This document shows positions 29,368 to 37,352 of a DNA stretch of 64,000 nucleotides, one piece after another (position 1 is the first letter of the stretch; each line of letters starts with the position of its first letter). The position numbers and the translations under genes are program-made. The notes below the pieces were generated by a model. The model was not told where the DNA came from, searched no databases, and worked only from the letters and a program-made list of their open reading frames with translations. Where the stretch lies: assembly GCA_002083635.1 (NCBI GenBank), contig MSXP01000005.1, positions 344,592-408,591 on the forward strand, in the 5' to 3' direction. The stretch comes from Proteobacteria bacterium ST_bin12 (GTDB taxonomy: Bacteria; Pseudomonadota; Gammaproteobacteria; Burkholderiales; Methylophilaceae).

Positions 29368-29621
29368 TAGTAGTGATAGCGTAACTGTGCAATCAACAAT
29401 TCATCGTTTTCAACCTTATAAACGATTCGATGTTCATCATTAATGCGACGCGACCAATAACCGCTAAGCGCATGCTTTAAAGGCTCTGGCTTACCAATAC
29501 CAGTAAACGGCTCGCGTTGAATTTCTTGAATGAGTTGATTGATGCGCTTAAGTATTTGCTTATCTTGCTGCTGCCAATACAAATAATCTTGCCAAGCATG
29601 CTCAGCAAATATCAACATCAT
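29367..29621 (-). CDS. yoeB: type II toxin YoeB (Txe/YoeB family mRNA interferase)
   Basis: 84 aa. AWQDYLYWQQQDKQILKRINQLIQEIQREPFTGIGKPEPLKHALSGYWSRRINDEHRIVY is characteristic of the family. Confidence 0.9.
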   Translation of the reverse strand: MMLIFAEHAWQDYLYWQQQDKQILKRINQLIQEIQREPFTGIGKPEPLKHALSGYWSRRINDEHRIVYKVENDELLIAQLRYHY

Positions 29622-29884
29622 TTAGCCAGACTCTCTTCAATGAGCGTTCTTTCTGTACCCTTACCCGCATTCAACTCAATCACCGCGTCCATCAAGCGTT
29701 TAGCATTATTCGGACTACGTAATAAATAGGCGGTTTCTTCCAAAGCTTGATAATCTTCAAGCGAAAGCATCACCACCGACTGCTCGCGATTGCGCGTTAT
29801 AATCAGTGGTTCGTGATTTTGACACACGCGATTCATATTGCTTGCAAGCTGTGCACGTGCCGCTGTGTAAGTAATTGCGTCCAT
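29618..29884 (-). CDS. yefM: type II antitoxin YefM (Phd/YefM family)
   Basis: 88 aa. Contains ITYTAARAQLASNMNRVCQNHEPLIITR and LEETAYLLRSPNNAKRL, with a 4-nt overlap to yoeB. Confidence 0.9.
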   Translation of the reverse strand: MDAITYTAARAQLASNMNRVCQNHEPLIITRNREQSVVMLSLEDYQALEETAYLLRSPNNAKRLMDAVIELNAGKGTERTLIEESLAK

Positions 29885-29905
29885 TTCAACACCTTTATAA
29901 TTTTA

Positions 29906-29944
29906 TGTACAAAAAATTGTACATATTTTGGGTGTAAATGTACA
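29906..29944 (-). promoter_or_regulatory. yefM-yoeB operator: three TGTACA core palindromes
   Basis: TGTACA occurs at 29906-29911, 29918-29923 and 29939-29944, with centre spacings of 12 and 21 bp, directly upstream of the yefM ATG. The E. coli yefM-yoeB operator likewise uses paired TGTACA-core palindromes. Confidence 0.6.
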
Positions 29945-29976
29945 TTACAATTTTGATTAGCCCGAACGGGCTATTG

Positions 29977-29986
29977 CCCCCCCCCC
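29977..29986. repeat. homopolymeric C10 (G10) tract
   Basis: Ten consecutive C residues in an otherwise AT-rich divergent intergenic region, preceded by the hairpin TAGCCCG-AA-CGGGCTA (29958-29973). Confidence 0.95.
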
Positions 29987-30032
29987 GCGATTTAATCACT
30001 ATTTGTTGCTAAATTATTAACGAGAGATATTT

Positions 30033-30686
30033 ATGAAAATCCTTATTGCTTTGCTATTAATATCGTTAGCGCAGAATGCTATCGCTGAAACTGTCACACT
30101 TGATTTTGATGACTTAACATCGCCTTTAGAGCAGGATTTGGCTAGATACAGTTCAGATGGTTATAAGATTACATCTAGTGTAAATGCATCAAACGCTTTT
30201 TTAGCGTGGGGCAGTACTAGCACATTCTATTCAGGCAGTGCTGCGTTAGCTGCCGCCAATTTTAATGCCTTAATTACATTAAGCAGAGCAGATAATGCTA
30301 TTTTTGATTTTACATCGATTGACGTAGAAACCTTATTTACTAGGCAAAACGGTTTTAATTCTTTAATTGCACCTGCTGACATTACTTTTACAGGCGTTAA
30401 AAGCGACAATAGCTTAGTAACTCAAACCATTTCAATTTCACCAGTTACAGCTATAAGCGAACTTACAACTTTCGCGATTCTAGGATTTGACGATATCACA
30501 AGCGTTTACTGGGCTCAAGGAGGCTTTATTCCCGCAACTCCTTTTGATATAAACCAACGACATCAGTTTGATAATATTGTAGTCAGCACTAATGATGTTA
30601 ACGCAGTGCCTGTCCCCGCCGCCGCATGGTTATTTGGCAGTAGCTTAATAGGCTTTGCTGGTTTGCGCCGTAAATTCAAAGTTTAA
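30033..30686 (+). CDS. secreted protein with VPLPA-CTERM-type (PEP-CTERM variant) sorting signal
   Basis: 217 aa with a signal peptide. The C-terminus reads NAVPVPAAAWLFGSSLIGFAGLRRKFKV (motif, TM segment, basic tail). Confidence 0.7.
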   Translation: MKILIALLLISLAQNAIAETVTLDFDDLTSPLEQDLARYSSDGYKITSSVNASNAFLAWGSTSTFYSGSAALAAANFNALITLSRADNAIFDFTSIDVETLFTRQNGFNSLIAPADITFTGVKSDNSLVTQTISISPVTAISELTTFAILGFDDITSVYWAQGGFIPATPFDINQRHQFDNIVVSTNDVNAVPVPAAAWLFGSSLIGFAGLRRKFKV

Positions 30687-30746
30687 TTCAGCACAAGTAA
30701 CAGTTGTCAATTTTAAAAGCCGTTCAGTTAAAACTGTGCGGCTTTT

Positions 30747-32675
30747 TTATTTCTCTCTTGCAAAAAACGCCTCAACATCCACTAAATTTTTAGTCCTTTT
30801 AAACGGCGGCAAGCTTTGCCAAATGCGTTTTCCGTAAGGCTTTGTAATTAAACGTGGGTCGCAAATCACCAGCACACCTCTATCGGTTTCATCGCGAATC
30901 AATCTGCCCGCGCCTTGCTTCAAGGTAATCACCGAGTATGGCAATTGATATTCCATAAACGCATTTTTGCCTTCTTGATTCATTTTATCAATGCGCGCAG
31001 ACAACACTGGGTCATCTGGCGGGGCGAACGGCAGTTTATCGATAATCACGACTGAAAGCGCTTCGCCGCGCACATCCACGCCTTCCCAAAAGCTTTGGCT
31101 GCCCACTAATACTGCGTTGCCATGCGCGCGAAATCGGTCTAATAATTCCGTTCTCGTGCTTTCGCCTTGCATCAATAATGGGTATTCCATGCCAGCAGTT
31201 GCAAAAGCCTCTTTTAACAATGCATGCACTTCGCGCATGGCTTTTAGCGATGTGCACAATACAAATGCACGGCCAAGGCTTGCTTGAATCACAGGCAAAC
31301 TCACTGCGGCTACTGCGGCGGCATACGCACTATTATTGGGGTCTGGCATATTGGGTGGGGCATACAACAAGGCTTGATTGCCATAATCAAATGGGCTTTC
31401 CCAAAAGCCTGTTTCGGCGGCATGCAAACCCATTTGTGCAATGTAATGACTAAAGTCGCTCTTCACCGCTAAGGTCGCAGAAGTAAAAATCCAAGCGCGT
31501 GGTTGCGCATTGAGTTGTTTGCTAAATCCATCCGCCACACTGAGCGGCGTGGCGTGCAATTGCACTGATTGCGTAAACACTTCTACCCACCGCACCAGAT
31601 TATTATTTTCTGCCTTAAACCAAGCGTTAAGTTGCTGTTTTAAAGCCTCACCGCGTTGCCAGCATTTTTCCAGCATTGGGTCGCGCGCGGCTTGGCTTTC
31701 TAACACTTTTGTCAATTGACTTAACGCTGTTTGCATGTCAATAAATGCAGCTTCAAAATTCTTCAGTGCCAACGCTTTTTGCACTGGCATGCGTGAGCCT
31801 TCATACTGAAAAACCAGCCGAAAATCTTTGCAGGCTTTTTCTACAATCGGAATACTTTCGCCCAGCGCCACGCAATCTTTTGCCAGTGTTAAATGCGCGG
31901 CAGTGCTGTCGCGGCAAAGCTCTACCAGTTGCGAGGTTGAAATATCTTCGCCAAAAAATAATCCTGCCACTTCCGGCAATTGGTGCGCTTCATCAAAAAT
32001 AACGGTGTTGGCGCTTGGCAAAAGCTCTGCCACACCTTCGTCGCGCAACATCACATCGGCAAAAAACAGATGATGATTCACCACCACCACATCTGCCGCC
32101 AACGCCTTTTTGCGCGCTTCCATCACAAAACATTCTTTATAGAAATTGCAATCTTGGCCTAAACAGTTATCGCGCGTACTGGTGACGTTTAGCCAAATGG
32201 TGGCGTTTTCGGGCACTTCAGTTAACTCACTTTTATCGCCTGTTTTTGAGTTTTCGGCAAAATTTTTGATTAAGTGCACATATTTTGCATCCTCACGCGA
32301 GGCGAATCGACCGCTTTGCGTGGCAGCTTCTAAATGATAATGGCACACGTAATTAGAGCGGCCCTTTAGCATGGCAACCGTCACAGGCACTTTTAGTGCA
32401 TCACGCACATTGGGTAAATCGCGGTTAAAAAGCTGGTCTTGCAGCGTTTTTGTTCCAGTCGAAATAATCACTTTTCCGCCAGATAGAAGCGCTGGCACAA
32501 GGTAAGCAAAGGTTTTTCCCGTGCCAGTACCTGCTTCTGCCACCAGTTGCTTATTATCTTTGATGGCGGCTTCTATGGCCAAGGCCATCTCAAGCTGCTG
32601 TGGCCGCTCGCTATATCCAGCGATGCTTTCTGCTAATTGACCATTTGAAGCAAAGAAATTTTTTAATGCTGTCAT
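30747..32675 (-). CDS. dinG: ATP-dependent DNA helicase, DinG/YoaA (XPD-like, Fe-S) family
   Basis: 642 aa. Walker A AGTGTGKT, DEAH box (FDEAHQL), and a Cys cluster (CHYH, CLGQDC, YKEC) between the helicase motifs. Confidence 0.85.
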   Translation of the reverse strand: MTALKNFFASNGQLAESIAGYSERPQQLEMALAIEAAIKDNKQLVAEAGTGTGKTFAYLVPALLSGGKVIISTGTKTLQDQLFNRDLPNVRDALKVPVTVAMLKGRSNYVCHYHLEAATQSGRFASREDAKYVHLIKNFAENSKTGDKSELTEVPENATIWLNVTSTRDNCLGQDCNFYKECFVMEARKKALAADVVVVNHHLFFADVMLRDEGVAELLPSANTVIFDEAHQLPEVAGLFFGEDISTSQLVELCRDSTAAHLTLAKDCVALGESIPIVEKACKDFRLVFQYEGSRMPVQKALALKNFEAAFIDMQTALSQLTKVLESQAARDPMLEKCWQRGEALKQQLNAWFKAENNNLVRWVEVFTQSVQLHATPLSVADGFSKQLNAQPRAWIFTSATLAVKSDFSHYIAQMGLHAAETGFWESPFDYGNQALLYAPPNMPDPNNSAYAAAVAAVSLPVIQASLGRAFVLCTSLKAMREVHALLKEAFATAGMEYPLLMQGESTRTELLDRFRAHGNAVLVGSQSFWEGVDVRGEALSVVIIDKLPFAPPDDPVLSARIDKMNQEGKNAFMEYQLPYSVITLKQGAGRLIRDETDRGVLVICDPRLITKPYGKRIWQSLPPFKRTKNLVDVEAFFAREK

Positions 32676-33026
32676 TACATTGCAACAAAAGATGAGCCAG
32701 CAGGACTAGATAGAACTATAAACGAATGAATCATGATGTCATGTTGCCAAGATAAAGTGTTGTGTGTGAAACGTTAGTGAACTATTTTGAGTGTTATTTT
32801 TGACCTCGCACACAATTTTATACGGAAACCAACCCATTAAAACAATTGCGCTGTAAATTTAATTTTTTAACTAGTTTGAGTTTATAAACACTTTTTTAAC
32901 GTATCAATTAATCATCGATTAAAAATTGATGATTAAAAAATTTTACTAATCGTGATTTAAAAGTTATGAATGTTCGATTAGTGTTTTGAATAATTTTAAA
33001 TTATTGCTATTAACTTGGAGAGTCAG

Positions 33027-33914
33027 ATGAACGGTTATAAATTACGAACGACGATGGGCGTTGCAATTGCAGCTGCTTTATCGATTTTTGCTGTTAGCGC
33101 AAATGCTGTTAGCTTAGTGGCTATTAATAGCAGCAACCAAATTGGTCTTTTTGATAGCAGCAATGTAGCAGGCGCTGTATTTAATACCATTTCGGGCGAT
33201 GCATTTGGTGAAAGATTTATTGGTATCGACTTACGCCCATCAAACAATTTGGTTTATGGCTTAACGCGTTCAAATAATATTTACACAATTGATGCAACAA
33301 CTGGAGCTAGCTCTTTTGTTGCTGCATTAAGCAACCCAGTGATTACATTAGGTAATTCTTACGGTATTGATTTTAACCCTGTAGCTGACCGTGGCACAGG
33401 TGCATCATTACGATTGATAAGCTCTGCTGGCGACAATTATGCGATTAACGCAACTACTGGCGCTGTAACTACTGCAACATCAATCGCTGCTGGTTTTAAT
33501 GCTGTTGCATACACGAATAGCGACGCTAGCGCGCCAACCACCACCCCTAGCTCAACAGGTTTATACTACATCAACAGCACAAACGACACTTTGTCATTTG
33601 CAGCAACTGCTTTTAACGCACCAACGATTAACCCTGTTGGCGCACTTGGCATTGATATTTTAAGTGCAAACGGTTTTGAAGTTTTGGCAAATGGTATTGG
33701 TTATGCCGTAATTAACGTTGATGATGGTTTATTTCAATCTAAATTAGTCACTATTAATACTGCAACTGGTGCGGCAACAGTGGTAGGTACATTTAATGGC
33801 ACGATTAACGGCTTAGCAATTGCGCCAGTACCAGAGCCAGAAACTTATGCAATGCTAGTTGCTGGCTTAGGTTTAATTGGCGCTTCATCACGTCGCAAAA
33901 ACAAAAAAGCGTAA
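33027..33914 (+). CDS. DUF4394-like secreted protein with PEP-CTERM anchor
   Basis: From ATG 33027 (SD GGAGAG). Signal peptide ending AVSANA, GIDLRPSNNLVYGL and GIDFNPVADR repeats, C-terminus VPEPETYAMLVAGLGLIGASSRRKNKKA. Confidence 0.7.
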   Translation: MNGYKLRTTMGVAIAAALSIFAVSANAVSLVAINSSNQIGLFDSSNVAGAVFNTISGDAFGERFIGIDLRPSNNLVYGLTRSNNIYTIDATTGASSFVAALSNPVITLGNSYGIDFNPVADRGTGASLRLISSAGDNYAINATTGAVTTATSIAAGFNAVAYTNSDASAPTTTPSSTGLYYINSTNDTLSFAATAFNAPTINPVGALGIDILSANGFEVLANGIGYAVINVDDGLFQSKLVTINTATGAATVVGTFNGTINGLAIAPVPEPETYAMLVAGLGLIGASSRRKNKKA

Positions 33915-33973
33915 TTAAAACTTCTTCATAGATAATTGTTTTAAACAATTATTTAGATTAATTTTTAGCTTTT

Positions 33974-34012
33974 AAAAATGCCATATTCTTAATCGAATGT
34001 GGCATTTTTTTT
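33974..34012 (+). terminator. intrinsic terminator
   Basis: AAAAATGCCATA...TGTGGCAT followed by T8. Confidence 0.7.
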
Positions 34013-34084
34013 GTAAAAGCTTGTCATCTAAAGCATAGCCTGTTACGGTAATCATATTAATAAGCTTTAGTTTTGCATACTTTT

Positions 34085-34648
34085 ATGAAATTTTTTGTCA
34101 GTTTTTTAATGGTTTTGATCAGCATTTGTTTAAACGCTAATGCAGAAGAATCGTTTTTAGAAAATGCCGCTGGCGTTATGTTACACAACGTTGATGAAGG
34201 CGAAAGCACTGGTAATCAAAGCGAAACTGCAAGTTGGCAAACACGCGCACAAGACGTGCTTGTTAACGCGCTGAGTTTGACGGGTATTCAATATAAATAT
34301 GGCGGTAAATCGCCAGAAACTGGTTTTGATTGCAGTGGTTTTGTGCGATATGTTTTTAGCCAAGCTACCAATTTAACACTGCCGCCAACCGCACGCGCGA
34401 TTGCACAAATTGGTAAAACGGTGAAAAAAGAAGAGTTACAACCGGGCGATTTGGTTTTTTTCAATACTTTGAAATCTGCTTTTTCGCATGTGGGCATTTA
34501 CATGGGCGATAATAAATTTATTCACGCACCCAGCGCTGGCAAAACGGTACGTGTTGAAAGTATGAAAGATGGCTATTGGGCAAAGCGTTTTAACGGCGCG
34601 CAGCGACTAGATAAAGAAGTTGAAAAGTCGGCTGCTAATGCGAACTAA
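34085..34648 (+). CDS. NlpC/P60 (C40) peptidoglycan endopeptidase
   Basis: Signal peptide MKFFVSFLMVLISICLNANA plus catalytic motifs GFDCSGFVRYVF and HVGIYMGDNKFIHAPS. Confidence 0.85.
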   Translation: MKFFVSFLMVLISICLNANAEESFLENAAGVMLHNVDEGESTGNQSETASWQTRAQDVLVNALSLTGIQYKYGGKSPETGFDCSGFVRYVFSQATNLTLPPTARAIAQIGKTVKKEELQPGDLVFFNTLKSAFSHVGIYMGDNKFIHAPSAGKTVRVESMKDGYWAKRFNGAQRLDKEVEKSAANAN

Positions 34649-34665
34649 GTCGTAATATTTATCAT

Positions 34666-34692
34666 AAAAAAGCGGCATATGCCGCTTTTTTT
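34666..34692. terminator. bidirectional intrinsic terminator
   Basis: AAAAAAGCGGCATATGCCGCTTTTTTT lying between convergent genes. Confidence 0.85.
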
Positions 34693-34747
34693 ATAAAACT
34701 TAACCCTATTTATTGGTTAAATTTTGATTGCCTTATAAAACTTTGAT

Positions 34748-35215
34748 TTATTCGTGGAATTTAGCAATCTCACCTGGTTTACGCAGCATTTTATCGACTT
34801 CGCCGGAATGTAGTTCCTCTTGATAAATCATCTCACGCGCATACTCTTCTAGCATCACTGATTCACCTTCAACCAATTTAAGAAGCGCTCTGTAAGCGTT
34901 TAATGCTAATTTTTCGTGCGCCATTGATTCGCGTAAAATATCACCAATATCGTGATTATGTGTTTCAAGCAATGGACCAATCGACAGTGATGGATGACCG
35001 CCCAAATGGGTAATTAGCTCGCCTGCTTTATCGGCGTGCGCTAAAGACTCAGATGCTTGGCTACGCAACCAAGAAACAATTGGAATACGGTTATAACCAA
35101 ACACCATTAATGCGTAATGCGTATAACGCACTACGCCCGCTAATTCCAGCTCTAAAATAGTGTTAAGTGCTTTGGTAACGGGCGTATCGACACCATGATT
35201 ATCTGACATTTTCAT
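34748..35215 (-). CDS. ferritin-like / bacterioferritin-family protein (no obvious heme-ligand Met)
   Basis: 155 aa four-helix-bundle pattern (LELELAGVVRY, SESLAHADKAGELITHLGG, EEYAREMIYQEELH). The position matching Bfr Met52 (EMKHAD) reads SLAHAD. Confidence 0.6.
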   Translation of the reverse strand: MKMSDNHGVDTPVTKALNTILELELAGVVRYTHYALMVFGYNRIPIVSWLRSQASESLAHADKAGELITHLGGHPSLSIGPLLETHNHDIGDILRESMAHEKLALNAYRALLKLVEGESVMLEEYAREMIYQEELHSGEVDKMLRKPGEIAKFHE

Positions 35216-35223
35216 TCTCCTAA

Positions 35224-35264
35224 ATTGAGTAAAATTGAGTAATCAATCATTACTTTGTTACTCA
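35224..35264 (-). promoter_or_regulatory. candidate operator (Fur-box-like core and TGAGTAA repeats) upstream of the ferritin-like gene
   Basis: ATTGAGTAA direct repeat at 35224-35232 and 35234-35242. Palindrome AGTAAT-CAATC-ATTACT at 35238-35254 contains AATCATTA. Inverted TTACTCA at 35258-35264. Confidence 0.3.
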
Positions 35265-35354
35265 GCTGGGCGCAGTTTAACCTAATTAAAAATGGCTTGC
35301 AGAATTGCAAATAGTTCGCATTGTCACTATCACATAGATTGTGAGTAGGGAAAA

Positions 35355-35660
35355 TTAAGGAGATTCTTTTTTATCGCTGTGGCCTAAATTACGTGTGGGG
35401 TCAATCACATCGCGAATCAGCTGTTTTAATTCTTTTGATTCTGGAAATCGGCCATACTCTTTGCGATTAAATAGTGCGGCATCATTTAAACTCACTTCGA
35501 ATATGCCGCCCGTACCAGGTTGCAAACTCACTGCTTTTAATTCATCTTCAAATGTTGTTAATAACTCTTGCGCCAACCAAGCTGCGCGAAGTAACCAGCG
35601 ACATTGGGTACAATATTCTATAGTCACAATATATGTTTTAATTGTGTTTGTATCTGACAT
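35355..35660 (-). CDS. SelT/SelW/SelH (Rdx) family thioredoxin-like protein
   Basis: 101 aa with a CxxC motif in IEYCTQCRWLLRAAWLAQELL and GGIFEV further on. Confidence 0.7.
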   Translation of the reverse strand: MSDTNTIKTYIVTIEYCTQCRWLLRAAWLAQELLTTFEDELKAVSLQPGTGGIFEVSLNDAALFNRKEYGRFPESKELKQLIRDVIDPTRNLGHSDKKESP

Positions 35661-35830
35661 TTTTGTATGACTCTTTCAGCGAAAGTAGTGTTTTAAGCTA
35701 TTCAATTGACTTGAAATAGCGCAAAATGAACCTATTGTTTTATTGTAAGCTCTTAGTTAGGTGTTGGCAGTATTTGTGCGTACTTAATTTTTGTTGCCTG
35801 TTACAAATTATTTTATTGAAAAGGGTTTGC

Positions 35831-37276
35831 ATGCGTTCTTCTTTTGAAAAAATGGGCTTAATCGGCTCTGGCGTTTTAGTCGGCGTTTTGATTAGCCTAA
35901 ACTTTTCGGCACTAGCCGAAAAAACCAGCGTATCGCAATTGCCATTAGACGATTTGCGCGTATTTGCTGAAGTGTTTGGCAAAGTAAAAAGTGATTATGT
36001 GGAACCTGTTGAAGACAAAAAGCTCATCAACGAAGCGTTAACCGGCATGCTAGCTGGCTTGGACCCACATTCTACTTTTATGGATGCTGATGGATACAAA
36101 GATTTACAAGCTGGTACGCAGGGCGAGTTTGGTGGTTTAGGTATTGAAGTCGCTATGGAAGACGGCTTAGTGAAAGTGGTAACGCCGATTGAAGATAGTC
36201 CAGCTTATAAAGCAGGCTTAAAAAGTGGTGATTTAATTTCAAAATTAGACGACACACAAGTGCGTGGTATCAGCCTAAATGATGCCGTTAAAAAAATGCG
36301 TGGTAAACCAGATACGGATATTGTGTTAACCGTGTTGCGCAAGGGCGAAACGAAGCCTTTAACTTTTAAATTAACGCGCGCTATTATTAAATCGCAAAGT
36401 GTTAAAAACAAATATATTGAGCCAGGTTTTGGCTACGTGCGTATTACCCAATTCCAAGAACATACTGGTGAAGATTTAGCCAAGGCTTTAAAAACTTTAC
36501 GTGAGCAAAACAAAGGCCCGTTTAAAGGCTTGGTTTTAGATTTACGCAACAATCCTGGTGGTTTATTGGATGCGGCTGTTGGCGTGTCGGCAGCTTTCTT
36601 GGCTAAAGATGAATTGGTGGTTTACACCGAAGGCCGCACAGCTGATGCTAAAATGCGTTTAAATGCTGCGCCATTAGATTATGCGCGTCGCGGTAAATCA
36701 GATTATTTAAAAGATGAAGCTGCTGATTACAAAACGACACCAATCGTCGTGTTAATTAACAATGGCTCCGCATCGGCTTCTGAGATTGTGGCGGGCGCGT
36801 TGCAAGACCACAAACGCGCCACTATTTTGGGCACACAAAGCTTTGGTAAAGGCTCAGTGCAAACGATTTTGCCAATGAATAATGGCAGTGCAATCAAACT
36901 AACCACAGCGCGTTATTTCACGCCAAAAGGTCGCTCCATTCAAGCCAAAGGCATCGTGCCCGATATTATTGTGGAAGATGGTTTTGATCAATCGAACAAT
37001 ATTCGTGAAGCTGATTTAGCCAAACATTTATCGAATCCAAAAGAAACAGAAGCGCCCGCTAAAACAATCGATGCTGAAAAAGCAGCGGCTATACAAAAAG
37101 CAAATGAGAAAAAATTTGCTGAGCAAAAAGGCCCAATCGAGCCAGCTAGCAAAGATGATTTCCAATTTGTGCAAGCGATGAATGTATTAAAAGGCTTGCC
37201 AGTTGAAAAAATGCCTGAAGTAAAAGCAGCAGAAGCAACACCGGTAACAGAAAAAGCACCAGACGTTAAAAAATAA
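35831..37276 (+). CDS. ctp: S41-family carboxy-terminal processing peptidase
   Basis: From ATG 35831. PDZ region GIEV...SPAYKAGLKSGDLI, plus LDLRNNPGGLL, GSASASEIVAGALQD and SFGKGSVQ motifs. Confidence 0.85.
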   Translation: MRSSFEKMGLIGSGVLVGVLISLNFSALAEKTSVSQLPLDDLRVFAEVFGKVKSDYVEPVEDKKLINEALTGMLAGLDPHSTFMDADGYKDLQAGTQGEFGGLGIEVAMEDGLVKVVTPIEDSPAYKAGLKSGDLISKLDDTQVRGISLNDAVKKMRGKPDTDIVLTVLRKGETKPLTFKLTRAIIKSQSVKNKYIEPGFGYVRITQFQEHTGEDLAKALKTLREQNKGPFKGLVLDLRNNPGGLLDAAVGVSAAFLAKDELVVYTEGRTADAKMRLNAAPLDYARRGKSDYLKDEAADYKTTPIVVLINNGSASASEIVAGALQDHKRATILGTQSFGKGSVQTILPMNNGSAIKLTTARYFTPKGRSIQAKGIVPDIIVEDGFDQSNNIREADLAKHLSNPKETEAPAKTIDAEKAAAIQKANEKKFAEQKGPIEPASKDDFQFVQAMNVLKGLPVEKMPEVKAAEATPVTEKAPDVKK

Positions 37277-37290
37277 ACGCGATTGCTCAC

Positions 37291-37341
37291 AGCCCTGCTA
37301 GAACTATGCTAATCACGTAGCTTCTAGCAGGGCTTTGTTTT
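37291..37341 (+). terminator. intrinsic terminator with 13-bp stem
   Basis: AGCCCTGCTAGAA (37291-37303) pairs with TTCTAGCAGGGCT (37322-37334) and is followed by TTGTTTT. It overlaps the track's TTG start at 37335. Confidence 0.75.
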
Positions 37342-37352
37342 ATGATGATTGT

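Noticed and set aside
35726-35830. Upstream extensions produced by alternative or early starts in the track: ctp 35726, glcF-like 37335, DUF4394 gene 33015, NlpC/P60 34073, DUF2909-like 13543, coxB 18386, coxC 14713, ctaG 15430, ykgJ 62944.
   Set aside because: In each case an in-frame ATG with a better SD and/or a proper signal peptide lies downstream. Several of the extensions also overlap terminators or upstream genes.
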